Positions 41,652-50,608 of a stretch of 64,000 bases of DNA are shown here, piece after piece; position 1 is the first letter of the stretch; each line of letters starts with the position of its first letter. The translations under genes were made by a program, and so were the position numbers. Source of the stretch: an uncultured Acidobacteriota bacterium (GTDB taxonomy: Bacteria; Acidobacteriota; Thermoanaerobaculia; Multivoradales; JAGPDF01); assembly GCA_963700315.1 (NCBI GenBank), contig CAVOXC010000017.1:28062-92061 (forward strand), written 5' to 3'. The notes beneath the pieces are model-generated. The model made no database searches. It was not told where the DNA came from and saw nothing but the letters and a program-made list of their open reading frames with translations.

Positions 41652-42479
41652 TCACTTCCCCTGCCGCGGTCGCGCGAGCGGGCTCTTTGGCGCCGGCTTC
41701 GGCGGGCCGTTGGCGATGATCGAGTCGATCAGATAGCCGAGCAGCTCGGCGTTCCTGTCCCACGGCAGCTTGGCGCTGTCACACGAGCGCTCCTTGCAAG
41801 CGAGCGCTGACTGCAGGCGAACCTGCTCGAGCGTCGAGATCTCGGCGTCGTACCCGGGCACCTCGCCCGCGGCAACCTGAGCTGGAGTCAGCGCCTTGGT
41901 CTGCCCCGCCTCGTGTCGTGCCTTGCAGTCCGCGACGTGCTTCTCTTCGTGGGCCCTGGTCGCGAGCCCGATCCCCTCACAGGCGGCGACTTTCGGGATG
42001 AGGTCCATGGCGTTGGCGTTGGCCACGCAGTTCTCGATATCGGTCTTGACGCTGTAGCTGGTCCCGAGCAGCCTGCCGGCGTCGTCGCGACGGACGATGA
42101 AGCCGGCCGACTGGAATGCGCGCGACTCGGCGTAGCACTGGTCCTTGGTCGGGATGAAGTAGTTGCAGGTGTCGAGGCCGTCGAGCGACGCGACCCGGAT
42201 CGCCTCGGCGGCGGCGCCCATCTTCTTCTCCTCGGCCTCGTAGTCGGCGAGCGTCAGGTTCTTCCGTTTGGCGATCTGGCGGTAGAACTCCTGCTGGTAC
42301 TTGGCCTTGAGGATCTCGGCCTCGAGGCAGGCGAGCTTGCAGCAGTCAGCGCAGCTCTGCGGCTGCGCCTCCTTGCAGTCGGGCGCCATCGACTGCGCCC
42401 TGGTGGGCGAGGGAGCGACCGCCGCGGCGAGGACGCCGATCAGCAAGAGGGCCGCGCGCGGTCGGGTGGAGGGGTTCAT
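41652..42479 (-). CDS. Secreted Cys-containing protein with HExxH motif (putative zincin)
   Basis: Signal peptide, several Cys pairs, 'RAHEEKHVADC' followed by 'AGEVPGYDAEI'; ATGA overlap with the upstream gene. Confidence 0.62.
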   Translation of the reverse strand: MNPSTRPRAALLLIGVLAAAVAPSPTRAQSMAPDCKEAQPQSCADCCKLACLEAEILKAKYQQEFYRQIAKRKNLTLADYEAEEKKMGAAAEAIRVASLDGLDTCNYFIPTKDQCYAESRAFQSAGFIVRRDDAGRLLGTSYSVKTDIENCVANANAMDLIPKVAACEGIGLATRAHEEKHVADCKARHEAGQTKALTPAQVAAGEVPGYDAEISTLEQVRLQSALACKERSCDSAKLPWDRNAELLGYLIDSIIANGPPKPAPKSPLARPRQGK

Positions 42480-43930
42480 TTCGGAGAGCTCCTTTCGAAC
42501 ATCTGATTCGCCTGCCGCCGGATGCGGAGGGCGGTGAGCGCGCAACGCGCGTTGGAGTGCGCCGGATCGATCGCGAGGGCGCGCTCGAGCGCGCCCTCGG
42601 CCGGGTCGAGCCGCTCAGCGAGCATCAGCTCGATCCCCAGGTTGAGCCAGGGCCGGGCCCGGCCCGGCGCCTTCGCGGCGGCGTCGGACCAGAGCGCGGC
42701 GGGATCGGAGTAGAGACGCGCCCGCTCGTGCGCTCGCAGGGCGAGCGAGGTCGTCGGCAGCAGGAAGAGCAGACCGCCGACCGCGACCCGGGCGACGCGA
42801 GCGGCGCCGCCGACCGACGACCATGGCCGGCGGCTGAGAGCGCGCACGACGCCGGCCGCGAGCGCCGCGAGCGGCACCAGCGTGGCGAGATAGAGGGGGC
42901 GCGCCGACACCGGGTCGAGCCGCCAGATCACGGAGTTGGTCGGCGCGAGGGCGAGCAGCGCCCAGCCGCAGGCGAAGGCCGCGAGCGGCAGCCGGTGGCG
43001 CGCCACGAACGCGAAGGCTGTCGTCGCGGCGAGCAGCGCCAGTCGCAGCAGCGTCGCGGGCGCGCTCCAGGGCAGGTCCATGGTGGGGGCCGGATCGATC
43101 GAGATCCGCCCGGGCTCGAGCCAGAGCCGCACGATGTCGAAGAGCGCGAAGACGTTGCCGCGCAGCGCCGCGAGCGGCGGGCGCACGGCGAAGCTGTAGG
43201 CGAGGAGCTCGCGATGCCGCGCTGAGAGCGCGAGAGCCACCGCCGCGAGCAGTACCCCGGCGAGCAGGGGCAGCTGGCGGCGCAGAGCCGCCGCGCGGCT
43301 CTCGCCTGTGCCGAGGGTCGCCTGCCAGAGCAGGCCGAGCGCCGGCAGAACGAGCGCGGTCTCGCGCGCGAGCGGCGCGGCGAGGGCGAGGAGCGCGGCG
43401 AGCCCGGCGACGGCCAGCCCGGGCGGTCGATCGTCCGTGACCAGGAGCAGGGCGGCGAGCAGGAGCAGGGTCGAGAGCAGCACCGAGCGTCCGGTCACCG
43501 GCGCCACCGCTTCGACCACCGCCGGGTGGAGTGCCCAGAGGGCGGCGGCGAGCGCGCCGACAAGCTCGACGCGGGGCGCGCCGGCGCGGCGAGCGAGCCG
43601 CCGCGCGAGCAGGAAGGCGGCGAGCGCGCAAGCGAGATGGAGGGCGAGATTGACCGCATGGAACGGACGCGCCGCGGCGCCGGTGGTCGCGCGCTGGAGC
43701 GCATAGGTCGCCTTGAGCAGAGGGCGGTTGGTGCGGCCGAGCGCCGGCAGGAATCCCTCGGGGCTCGCGGCGGCGTTGTCGAGGACGTCGACCTGGTCGT
43801 CGAAGATGAAGCCGGCGTCGAGAGTGGGTGCCAGAGCGGCGCCGACCGCGACGAGCAGAAGAGTCGCCATGAGCGCGGTTTCGCGCAGGGTCGGGAGCGG
43901 AAGCAAGGTGCGGGGCCGCGTGCGCGCCAT
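42476..43930 (-). CDS. TMTC-like GT-C membrane glycosyltransferase with C-terminal TPR
   Basis: 'GFIFDD', 'NRPL', 'FHAVNLALH', 'ALHPAVVEAVAPVTGRS', 'ARETA', 'RPLYLA', 'LWSDAAAKAP..ARPWLNLG'. Confidence 0.8.
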   Translation of the reverse strand: MARTRPRTLLPLPTLRETALMATLLLVAVGAALAPTLDAGFIFDDQVDVLDNAAASPEGFLPALGRTNRPLLKATYALQRATTGAAARPFHAVNLALHLACALAAFLLARRLARRAGAPRVELVGALAAALWALHPAVVEAVAPVTGRSVLLSTLLLLAALLLVTDDRPPGLAVAGLAALLALAAPLARETALVLPALGLLWQATLGTGESRAAALRRQLPLLAGVLLAAVALALSARHRELLAYSFAVRPPLAALRGNVFALFDIVRLWLEPGRISIDPAPTMDLPWSAPATLLRLALLAATTAFAFVARHRLPLAAFACGWALLALAPTNSVIWRLDPVSARPLYLATLVPLAALAAGVVRALSRRPWSSVGGAARVARVAVGGLLFLLPTTSLALRAHERARLYSDPAALWSDAAAKAPGRARPWLNLGIELMLAERLDPAEGALERALAIDPAHSNARCALTALRIRRQANQMFERSSPK

Positions 43931-44109
43931 CGACGACTCGGGTCCGGAGTCGAAGCTCGGGCGGGACGCTAGCTCAGATTCCTGCCGGCGGCGAGAGGGG
44001 GGACATGAGGCGGTTCCGAGGCGGCGCCAGACGCCCGGATGGGATCATGCTCTGGCTGTATATAGTCAAGCCGAGGTCAACAACCGCCGCAGGCGAGGGG
44101 AGGGCCATC

Positions 44110-44607
44110 ATGAGCAAGCGTCGGAGCTTGGTTCTTGTCGGCATGTGCGGAGTCTTGGCATTCGGCGCTTTGCCATCGTTCGGCGCCGACACTGTCGACA
44201 TCGTTCGGGTCCGACCCGCGTCGCGAATCATCCGGGGGGTCACGACGGGAACGGTCTCGCATCGTCCGGGTGAGTTCATCGAGATCACCGTGCGCTACAA
44301 CCTCGAGTCGGATTGCCCGCAGACTGGTCGCGCGGGAACGCTCCGCGGCTACTGGGGTCTCGACACGGATGGTCCGCTGCCGTTCGACATCCTGCCCGGA
44401 CCCGGTTCTGAGATCGATCAGCCCATTGCAAGAACCGGACGTGGGCAGTACAAGTTCCGTTGGTCGTTCCAGTGTCACCCGGGCGCGCCGCCGTTGGTGA
44501 CGGGCTACATCTGGAATCTCGGAGCCTCGCTCTCGTGCTCGACAGGCGAGCTCGACTTTGTCGAGCCGCTGCTCGGCCTCGACTACTGGATCATCGACTG
44601 CAGCTGA
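44110..44607 (+). CDS. Secreted hypothetical protein
   Basis: Signal 'MSKRRSLVLVGMCGVLAFGALPSFGA'; beta-rich mature region. Confidence 0.6.
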   Translation: MSKRRSLVLVGMCGVLAFGALPSFGADTVDIVRVRPASRIIRGVTTGTVSHRPGEFIEITVRYNLESDCPQTGRAGTLRGYWGLDTDGPLPFDILPGPGSEIDQPIARTGRGQYKFRWSFQCHPGAPPLVTGYIWNLGASLSCSTGELDFVEPLLGLDYWIIDCS

Positions 44608-44694
44608 GGCGCGGTCCATCGAGGGTCGCCGCGGCCCGCCCCGCTCCCCTCGCGGCTGCCAGGAGACGTCGAGAGAGGACGACCGCCCGCTGGC

Positions 44695-44769
44695 TCAGGG
44701 CGCCGCGGCCGACCAAGCCGACTTGTCGCCCCTCGCGAAGTTGTCGATCAGCAGAACGTCGATCTGCAC
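44695..44769 (-). pseudogene. Orphan C-terminal 'FxDxFESGD..W' tail remnant
   Basis: Minus strand reads VQIDVLLIDNFARGDKSAWSAAAP*, a degenerate copy of the tail of the 8423 hydrolase, with no gene body. Confidence 0.55.
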
Positions 44770-44774
44770 TTGCT

Positions 44775-44789
44775 AGGTGGCTGGCACCT
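44775..44789 (+). repeat. Dispersed 15-bp palindromic motif copy
   Basis: Exact AGGTGGCTGGCACCT between two divergent gene remnants. Confidence 0.8.
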
Positions 44790-45175
44790 CGCGGACTTGG
44801 GTCGAGGAGCTGCCGAGCCTCGCCGCCGAGGAAGCCGATCCCGAGCGCCGAGCGGGGGCGCACGCCGAGCTCGCGCGCGAGGCGGTCGGCGCGAGCCTGC
44901 CCACGCTGACGGAGGCGGATTCGCGGGTCCCGCCCGACGCCGAGAAGGCGGCGCTCGTGGCCACGCGCCGGCTCTTGCGGCGGCGTTCCTGGCTCATGGC
45001 CGGCGCCATTTTCACCACACTGTTGCCGCTCTCGAGCGCCGGCAACGACGACGGTCTTCAGTTCTTCCTGCTCCGCGACGCTCCGGTGACCGCAGCGCTC
45101 TCGCTGGCCGCCGCAACGATCCTCTGGGCCGCGTTCCGACACGTCTCCAGGAGGCTGCGCGTGACCGGGCTCTGA
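44790..45175 (+). pseudogene. N-terminally degraded membrane protein (zf-HC2 anti-sigma-like family)
   Basis: 'PPDAEKAALVATRRLLRRRSWLMAGAIFTTLLPLS..LLRD..W..RRLRVTGL' with two TMs; no clean start and no sigma gene upstream. Confidence 0.5.
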
Positions 45176-45278
45176 CCCTCGCCTCTCGAGCGCCGAGCCA
45201 CCGCCCTCGCGATCCCTTCGAACGCGACGGCGCCGCTCGAGAAGTGCCCGATGAATGCCTCGATCAGCGGCGACGAGC

Positions 45279-46847
45279 TCAGTCGGGTACGAGCTCGGGA
45301 GAGACTGCCGCCCTCGGTCCGGGCGCCGCGCCGAGCTCCAACAGGGACAGGGAGCGGTGGAAGGAACGCAAGCGGACTGGAATTGAGTTCTCCGCCAGGA
45401 GCCTCAACACCGCGGGAGAGCGCCGCTCGGGCACGAGGAGCAGCGGCAGCGCCTCGCCGTCTCGAATCTCGCGGACCTCCTCGGTCAGGGATTCGGGCAG
45501 CACGAAGAACGGGTAGGGAACGGGCAGCGCCGTCACCTGCTCCAGGTGCCGATAGCCGTAGAAGGCGAGCCCGTTCCTCTTCGTGTCGACGGTGACCAGG
45601 AGCTGAGTCGTCGGGATGCCCCATTGCCGCAGCGCTCGAGCGGTCCTTCGGGCGTCGCGCGCATGGTCGACGAAGGCTACGCCACCCTTGACACCGATCA
45701 GGAGGAGCAGCCAGGCGGTAGCGATCGCGGCCGGCGCGAGAGCTCGACGGCGCGCTGGGCGCCCCCGGACCGGCCGCTTCCGGCTCAGGCCGTGGGCGGT
45801 GGCGAGGGCGATCGGGGCGAACAGCGGCAGGACATAGAGCGGGAGCCGCGACCTGGCGGCGACGAAGACCACGAGCGGAACGACGAACCAGAGCAGGACG
45901 AGCAGCGGGATCGGACGGCGGTGGAGGCGGATCCAGACCGCACGCCTGGGGATTCGCGCGGACCGGCGGAACCGGAAAGCCCAGGCGGCGCTCCAGGGCA
46001 GGGCGCCGACAAGCAGCGTCGGCAGGTAGACGAGAACGCCTCCGAGCGGGCCGCTGTTGCGCGCGTAGTCGCCGGAGAAGAGCCGGCCGACCACCTGATT
46101 GTGGATCATGTACTCGAGGCCGCCATCGAGCCGGGAGGACACCAGCCAGTACCAAGGTAGGACGAGGGCCAGAGCGATCGCCGCCGCGGCGCCGAGGCCG
46201 GGCTCGAAGAGCCGCGCCAGGGAGCGCCGCCGCAGCGCGGCATGAATGACCAGCGGCGCGGCGAGAACCAGCATTGCCGGCCCCTTGGCCAGAGCGCCCA
46301 GGCCCAGCGCCACCCCCAGCAGCGCGCCCCACCGCAGCCGGCGGCTCGGGTCCGTCGCCTCCTCCAGGCGCCAGAAGAAGTAGTAGGCGAGAGCGGCGGC
46401 GAACGCCAGAGGGGTGTCCGGGGTGAGTACGTTGGCGGCCAGGAAAGGCGCCGACGAGCTGGCGTAGACGAGGACCGCGAGAAGGCCCGCCCGGCGCCCC
46501 CACCAGCGCCCGGCGAGCGCCCCCAGAACCAGCGCGGTCGCCGCGAACCAGAGGGCGTGGGGCGCGCGCGCGGCCCACTCGTTCACGCCGAGGAGGCTCA
46601 TCGCTCCGGCCATCGTCCAGTACAACAGGGGCGGCTTGTCGAGGAACGGCTCGCCGTTCAGGCGCGGCACCGTCCAGTCGCCCGAGTGCAGCATGCCGAC
46701 GGCGACGTTGGTGTAGAAGCCCTCATCGGGTTCCCAGATCCCCCGTGACCCCTGAAAACAGAAGGCGGCGAGAAGAACGACGAGCGCCGCTCCGAGCCAG
46801 GCGGACGACCTGCGCGAGTCGCCGAGGGCGGTTGGAGACCCTTGCAT
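45279..46847 (-). CDS. ArnT/PMT-family (GT-C) glycosyltransferase
   Basis: 'WEPDEGFY', 'GDWTVPRLNGEPFLDKPPLLYW', 'NEWAARAP', 'LAKGP', 'LPLYVLPLF'. Confidence 0.9.
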   Translation of the reverse strand: MQGSPTALGDSRRSSAWLGAALVVLLAAFCFQGSRGIWEPDEGFYTNVAVGMLHSGDWTVPRLNGEPFLDKPPLLYWTMAGAMSLLGVNEWAARAPHALWFAATALVLGALAGRWWGRRAGLLAVLVYASSSAPFLAANVLTPDTPLAFAAALAYYFFWRLEEATDPSRRLRWGALLGVALGLGALAKGPAMLVLAAPLVIHAALRRRSLARLFEPGLGAAAAIALALVLPWYWLVSSRLDGGLEYMIHNQVVGRLFSGDYARNSGPLGGVLVYLPTLLVGALPWSAAWAFRFRRSARIPRRAVWIRLHRRPIPLLVLLWFVVPLVVFVAARSRLPLYVLPLFAPIALATAHGLSRKRPVRGRPARRRALAPAAIATAWLLLLIGVKGGVAFVDHARDARRTARALRQWGIPTTQLLVTVDTKRNGLAFYGYRHLEQVTALPVPYPFFVLPESLTEEVREIRDGEALPLLLVPERRSPAVLRLLAENSIPVRLRSFHRSLSLLELGAAPGPRAAVSPELVPD

Positions 46848-47128
46848 CGATCGATCGCTCCCCTTTCTTCCCGACAGTCGAGAACTCGCGGCGGCCGACG
46901 GTGGGCCGGTGGGGCCGTAGCCGAACCGGAGCGCGCGATTCCGGCCGCTTGGAGCGTGAGATGCAGAGGTTCGCTGAATCCTTCGCCGCGGAGGTGCGGG
47001 CAGCCTGCGGTGGCAACGAGCGGGGCGGCGGAAGGGGGGGTCCGCTCCGGCTCGAGCGAGGAGGGGACGTCTGCCACTATGATGATGGGGAAGCCGAGGG
47101 AACGCCACCAAACGACGAGGGGAACCGC

Positions 47129-47497
47129 ATGCAACCAAAGAGCACGATCGGCAAGAAGATCGCGGCGATCGCCAAGGTCGCTGACGAGCAGTCGCAAAAG
47201 GCCGGCGCCGCGGCGGGCAAGCAGCTCGACAAGGCGAAGAAGGTCGCCGGCGAGAAGCTCGGCGCGGCGAGGAAGAGCGCCGGCAAGAAGCTCGGCGAGG
47301 TGAAGGTCGCCGCGAGCAAGAAGGTCGCGAAGGCGAAGAAGGACTGGCAGGAGATGGACCCGAAGAAGAAGAAGAAGGTCGTCGCCGGAGGCGTCGCCGC
47401 CGCCGCCGTCGCCGCCGCCATCGCGATTCCGATCGCCGTCAAGAAAGCGCGCGCGAAGAAGCGCGCGAAGGCGGCCAAGACGACCAAGACGGCCTGA
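47129..47497 (+). CDS. Small Lys/Ala-rich protein with 11-mer repeats and C-terminal TM
   Basis: GKQLDKAKKVA/GEKLGAARKSA/GKKLGEVKVAA/SKKVAKAKKDW, then a hydrophobic helix and basic tail; RBS GAGGGG. Confidence 0.75.
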   Translation: MQPKSTIGKKIAAIAKVADEQSQKAGAAAGKQLDKAKKVAGEKLGAARKSAGKKLGEVKVAASKKVAKAKKDWQEMDPKKKKKVVAGGVAAAAVAAAIAIPIAVKKARAKKRAKAAKTTKTA

Positions 47498-47706
47498 GGC
47501 CGCGCGCGACGGCGCTCGTCACCTTCGACTTCGGCCCCACGCGCTGGGAGCGGGTGCCCTAGGCAGCGTTGGCTGTCGGCCCGCCGTCACGGAACCGGAG
47601 ATCGAGGTTCTCGGCGGGCCGGAATCGGGAGGCGGAGACCCCGCGCCGCCGGCGGCGAACCCCCCGGAGAGTAGACTGCCCTGAGCAATCAAGACTGGAG
47701 CGAAGG

Positions 47707-50412
47707 ATGAGCTCGGATCTCGAGCAACTCGAATCGCTCTGCGGCTTGCCGAGGCGTGGTCGCGCCGAGTGGAGCGTCCGTCGTGAGGACGGGGGCTTCT
47801 CGTTCGACCTCGAGTTGCTCGGCGAGCGCATCGTGCTCGTGCGCGCGACGGGCAAAGCCGATCTCGCGGACGCGGAGCGAGTCCTCGAGATCGCGATCAC
47901 GGCGGTCGACTCGCAACTCCCGCCGCCGCTGACCTATGTCACCGTGCTCGACTTCGGCGCCTTTCGCGGCGCCACCAGGCGCGCGCGAAGTCACTTCATT
48001 CGGCGCATCTCCGTCCGTTCGAGGATGACCGGCCTGATCTTCTGCGAGCTCTCGCCGCTGCTCGGGATGATGGTCGGCTTGGGCGCTCGCCTCGGGGTTC
48101 TGAAGGGGCGCCTGTTCGTCGTCGCGTCCCTGGCGCAGGCGGTCGCCCTCGCCCAGGAGCTGCTCGGTCCGGGGGCCGGCAAGAAATCCCCGCTCGCCGC
48201 CGCCGCCGCGATGGACGGGGCGCCGCGAACCGACGGGGCGCCGGAGGTCGCGGCACGTGCTCGTGCGGATCCGATCTGGCGACGCGACTTGGCGGGACTC
48301 TCGATCCAGTACGAGGTCATCGACGGGCGCATCCTGCATACCCGCGCCATCGGCTTCTTGAGGTTCGAGCACGTCGATCAGCTGACGACGCACCGCTTGG
48401 AGGTCCTCGAAGCTCTTGGCGGACCGCGCCACATCGACTATCTCGTCGCGGATCTGAGCGGCATGGCCGGCGCGAGCCGAAGGGCGCGCAGGCGCTATAT
48501 GGAATCGCTCGAGACCTGGAACGCCGAGCGACCGTTGCGGGCCTACATCGCCTACGGCGCGGGGGCGGTCGTCGGCGCGGCGTTCAATCTGGCCCGCCTG
48601 ACCATGCCCTTCGCCGTGCGAACCACCTCGGACCTGCCACACGCCCTCGAGCTGATCGACGAGATGGAGGGACGAGCCGTTCGGCGCCGCCGTCGCCGCT
48701 CCTTGCTGAGCCGGTTCGGGCTCGGGCCGAGACGCCCGGCGAACCGCCCGACGATCGAGCAAGAAGTCGATGACGTTCTTCAGTTCATCAGTACCATCCG
48801 CTGGGACGCCGACGGCACTCCCGGGCGCGCACCGGTGCCGCCGGACCACCCCTTTGCGCTCGTGTTCGACGCCATCCGTCTCGTCAAGTGGGAGCTCGAC
48901 GAGCTGGCCGGCGAGCGCCGGCTCGCCCTCGACGCCGTACGTCGCGGCAGCATGCAGCAGCGCGCTCTCGTCGAGCACATTCCGGACGCGGTGGTGTTGC
49001 TCGATCCGAACGGAGCGATTCTGCTCGAGAACGAGACCGCCCGGCGGCTCCTGCCCCCGCTGCAGGAAACCGATGCCCTCGGCCGCGTCGTGGCGGTGGC
49101 CGGGGTCGAGCTGGCAGAGCTCGACGAGACCGGAGGCGCGCCACGCTGGCGCGAGCTGACACTCGATGGCCCGCCGCAACGCGTTCTCGAGCTCGCCGGC
49201 GTCGCCCTCGAAGACGGCTCTCGCGTCGTGCTCGTGCGCGAGGTCACGCGCGAGCGCGACGCGCAACGACAGCTGGCGCAGCAGGAGCGTCTGGCCGCCG
49301 TGGGACAGCTCGCCGCGGGTATCGCCCACGACTTCAACAATCTCCTGCAAGTGATCACGTCGAGCGCCGAGCTGCTGCTCGACGGCTCGGATCCTGCCGC
49401 GAGCGAAGAGCTCGTCCGGACGATCCGCACCCAATGCGAACGCGGCAGCAAGCTGATCCGGCAGATCCTCGACTTCGGTCGCCGTTCGATCTCGCGGCGA
49501 AGTCGAATCGATCTCGGGCGGGTCCTCGACGAGACCGTCGCGCTGTTGGTCAGAACGCTGCCGGAATCGATCGTGATTGCGATCGATTCGTCGCAGGGGC
49601 CCTTTCCGATTCTCGGCGATTCGGCGCAGCTGCAACAGGTGCTGACCAACCTGTCACTCAACGCCCGCGACGCGATGCCCGAGGGCGGGCGATTGACGTT
49701 CTCCTGCTCGCGTCGAGTCGTCTCGGATTCGAGCGAGGCGCCTGTGCGCGACATGCCTCCGGGACGCTGGATCGAGTTCAGCGCCGCGGACACCGGGAGC
49801 GGCATTCCGCACAGCCAGCTGGCACGCGTCTTCGAGCCCTTCTTCACCACCAAGCAGCCGGGCGCCGGTAGCGGCCTCGGCCTGTCGCAGGTGTACGGCA
49901 TCGTCAGCCAGCACGAAGGCTTCGTGCGCTGCTCGAACCGGCCGACGGGCGGCGCGGTCTTCAGCATCTTCCTGCCGTCGATCTCGGACGAACCCTCCGC
50001 GGAGATGGCCGAGGCCGCGGCGACAGTGGATCGCGGCGCGGGACAGACGATCCTGCTCGTCGAAGACGACGAGGCGGTGATGCGGCTCACCAGGCGATCG
50101 CTCGAAGGCCTCGGCTATCGGGTGATCGACGCCGCGAACGGAGCCCGCGCTCTCGAGCTGCTGGACGCGACCGAGCAGGCGGTCGATCTCGTCATCTCCG
50201 ACGTCGTCATGCCCGAGATGGGGGGCTTTCAACTGCAGGAACGGCTACGCGCCCGCTCTCTCTCCGTGCGGATGCTGTTGATGAGCGGCTATCCGCTCGG
50301 CGAGGAGCTGCGGGAGCGCGACCTCGGCGCCGACGTCGCCTGGTTGGGCAAGCCCTTTTCGCGTGCCGAGTTGTCGCGGGCGGTCGCCGAGCTGCTCGCC
50401 CGAGCGACCTGA
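47707..50412 (+). CDS. Hybrid histidine kinase (two STAS/SpoIIAA-like domains, PAS, HisKA, HATPase, REC)
   Basis: '[10 protein letters not shown]', 'NARDAMP', 'FTTK..GSGLGL', 'ILLVEDD..ISDVVMP..KPF'. Confidence 0.9.
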   Translation: MSSDLEQLESLCGLPRRGRAEWSVRREDGGFSFDLELLGERIVLVRATGKADLADAERVLEIAITAVDSQLPPPLTYVTVLDFGAFRGATRRARSHFIRRISVRSRMTGLIFCELSPLLGMMVGLGARLGVLKGRLFVVASLAQAVALAQELLGPGAGKKSPLAAAAAMDGAPRTDGAPEVAARARADPIWRRDLAGLSIQYEVIDGRILHTRAIGFLRFEHVDQLTTHRLEVLEALGGPRHIDYLVADLSGMAGASRRARRRYMESLETWNAERPLRAYIAYGAGAVVGAAFNLARLTMPFAVRTTSDLPHALELIDEMEGRAVRRRRRRSLLSRFGLGPRRPANRPTIEQEVDDVLQFISTIRWDADGTPGRAPVPPDHPFALVFDAIRLVKWELDELAGERRLALDAVRRGSMQQRALVEHIPDAVVLLDPNGAILLENETARRLLPPLQETDALGRVVAVAGVELAELDETGGAPRWRELTLDGPPQRVLELAGVALEDGSRVVLVREVTRERDAQRQLAQQERLAAVGQLAAGIAHDFNNLLQVITSSAELLLDGSDPAASEELVRTIRTQCERGSKLIRQILDFGRRSISRRSRIDLGRVLDETVALLVRTLPESIVIAIDSSQGPFPILGDSAQLQQVLTNLSLNARDAMPEGGRLTFSCSRRVVSDSSEAPVRDMPPGRWIEFSAADTGSGIPHSQLARVFEPFFTTKQPGAGSGLGLSQVYGIVSQHEGFVRCSNRPTGGAVFSIFLPSISDEPSAEMAEAAATVDRGAGQTILLVEDDEAVMRLTRRSLEGLGYRVIDAANGARALELLDATEQAVDLVISDVVMPEMGGFQLQERLRARSLSVRMLLMSGYPLGEELRERDLGADVAWLGKPFSRAELSRAVAELLARAT

Positions 50413-50450
50413 GCCCATACCAGGAGGCTGTCAGCCTGCACTCCCCCCGC

Positions 50451-50554
50451 TGTCATCCTGAACGAAGTGAAGGATGTCGCGCCCTCGGCTGAAGAAGCGA
50501 GGGCGGAGCCTCCGCGCCGAGCACGCAAGGTCCTTCGCTGCGCTCAGGACGACA
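50451..50554. repeat. REP-like inverted-repeat element
   Basis: TGTCATCCTGAACGAAGTGAAGGA ... TCCTTCGCTGCGCTCAGGACGACA imperfect terminal inverted repeats between convergent genes. Confidence 0.8.
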
Positions 50555-50608
50555 TGGGTGGCGCCCGGGGCCGCTCCGCTTCAGCGGGACGGTGTCCGGC
50601 GCGCATGA

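Noticed and set aside
37834-41736. 1300-aa plus-strand ORF as one protein
   Set aside because: Only 38311-~39885 is the M28 peptidase; the rest is frameshift read-through and antisense to the HEAT gene.
46960-47120. c-di-AMP (ydaO) riboswitch suggested by CGCTGAATCC..AGG..CGGG
   Set aside because: The downstream conserved elements (GGGGTGAA, CCCGTCAGCTAAC) are absent; an Rfam cmsearch would be needed.
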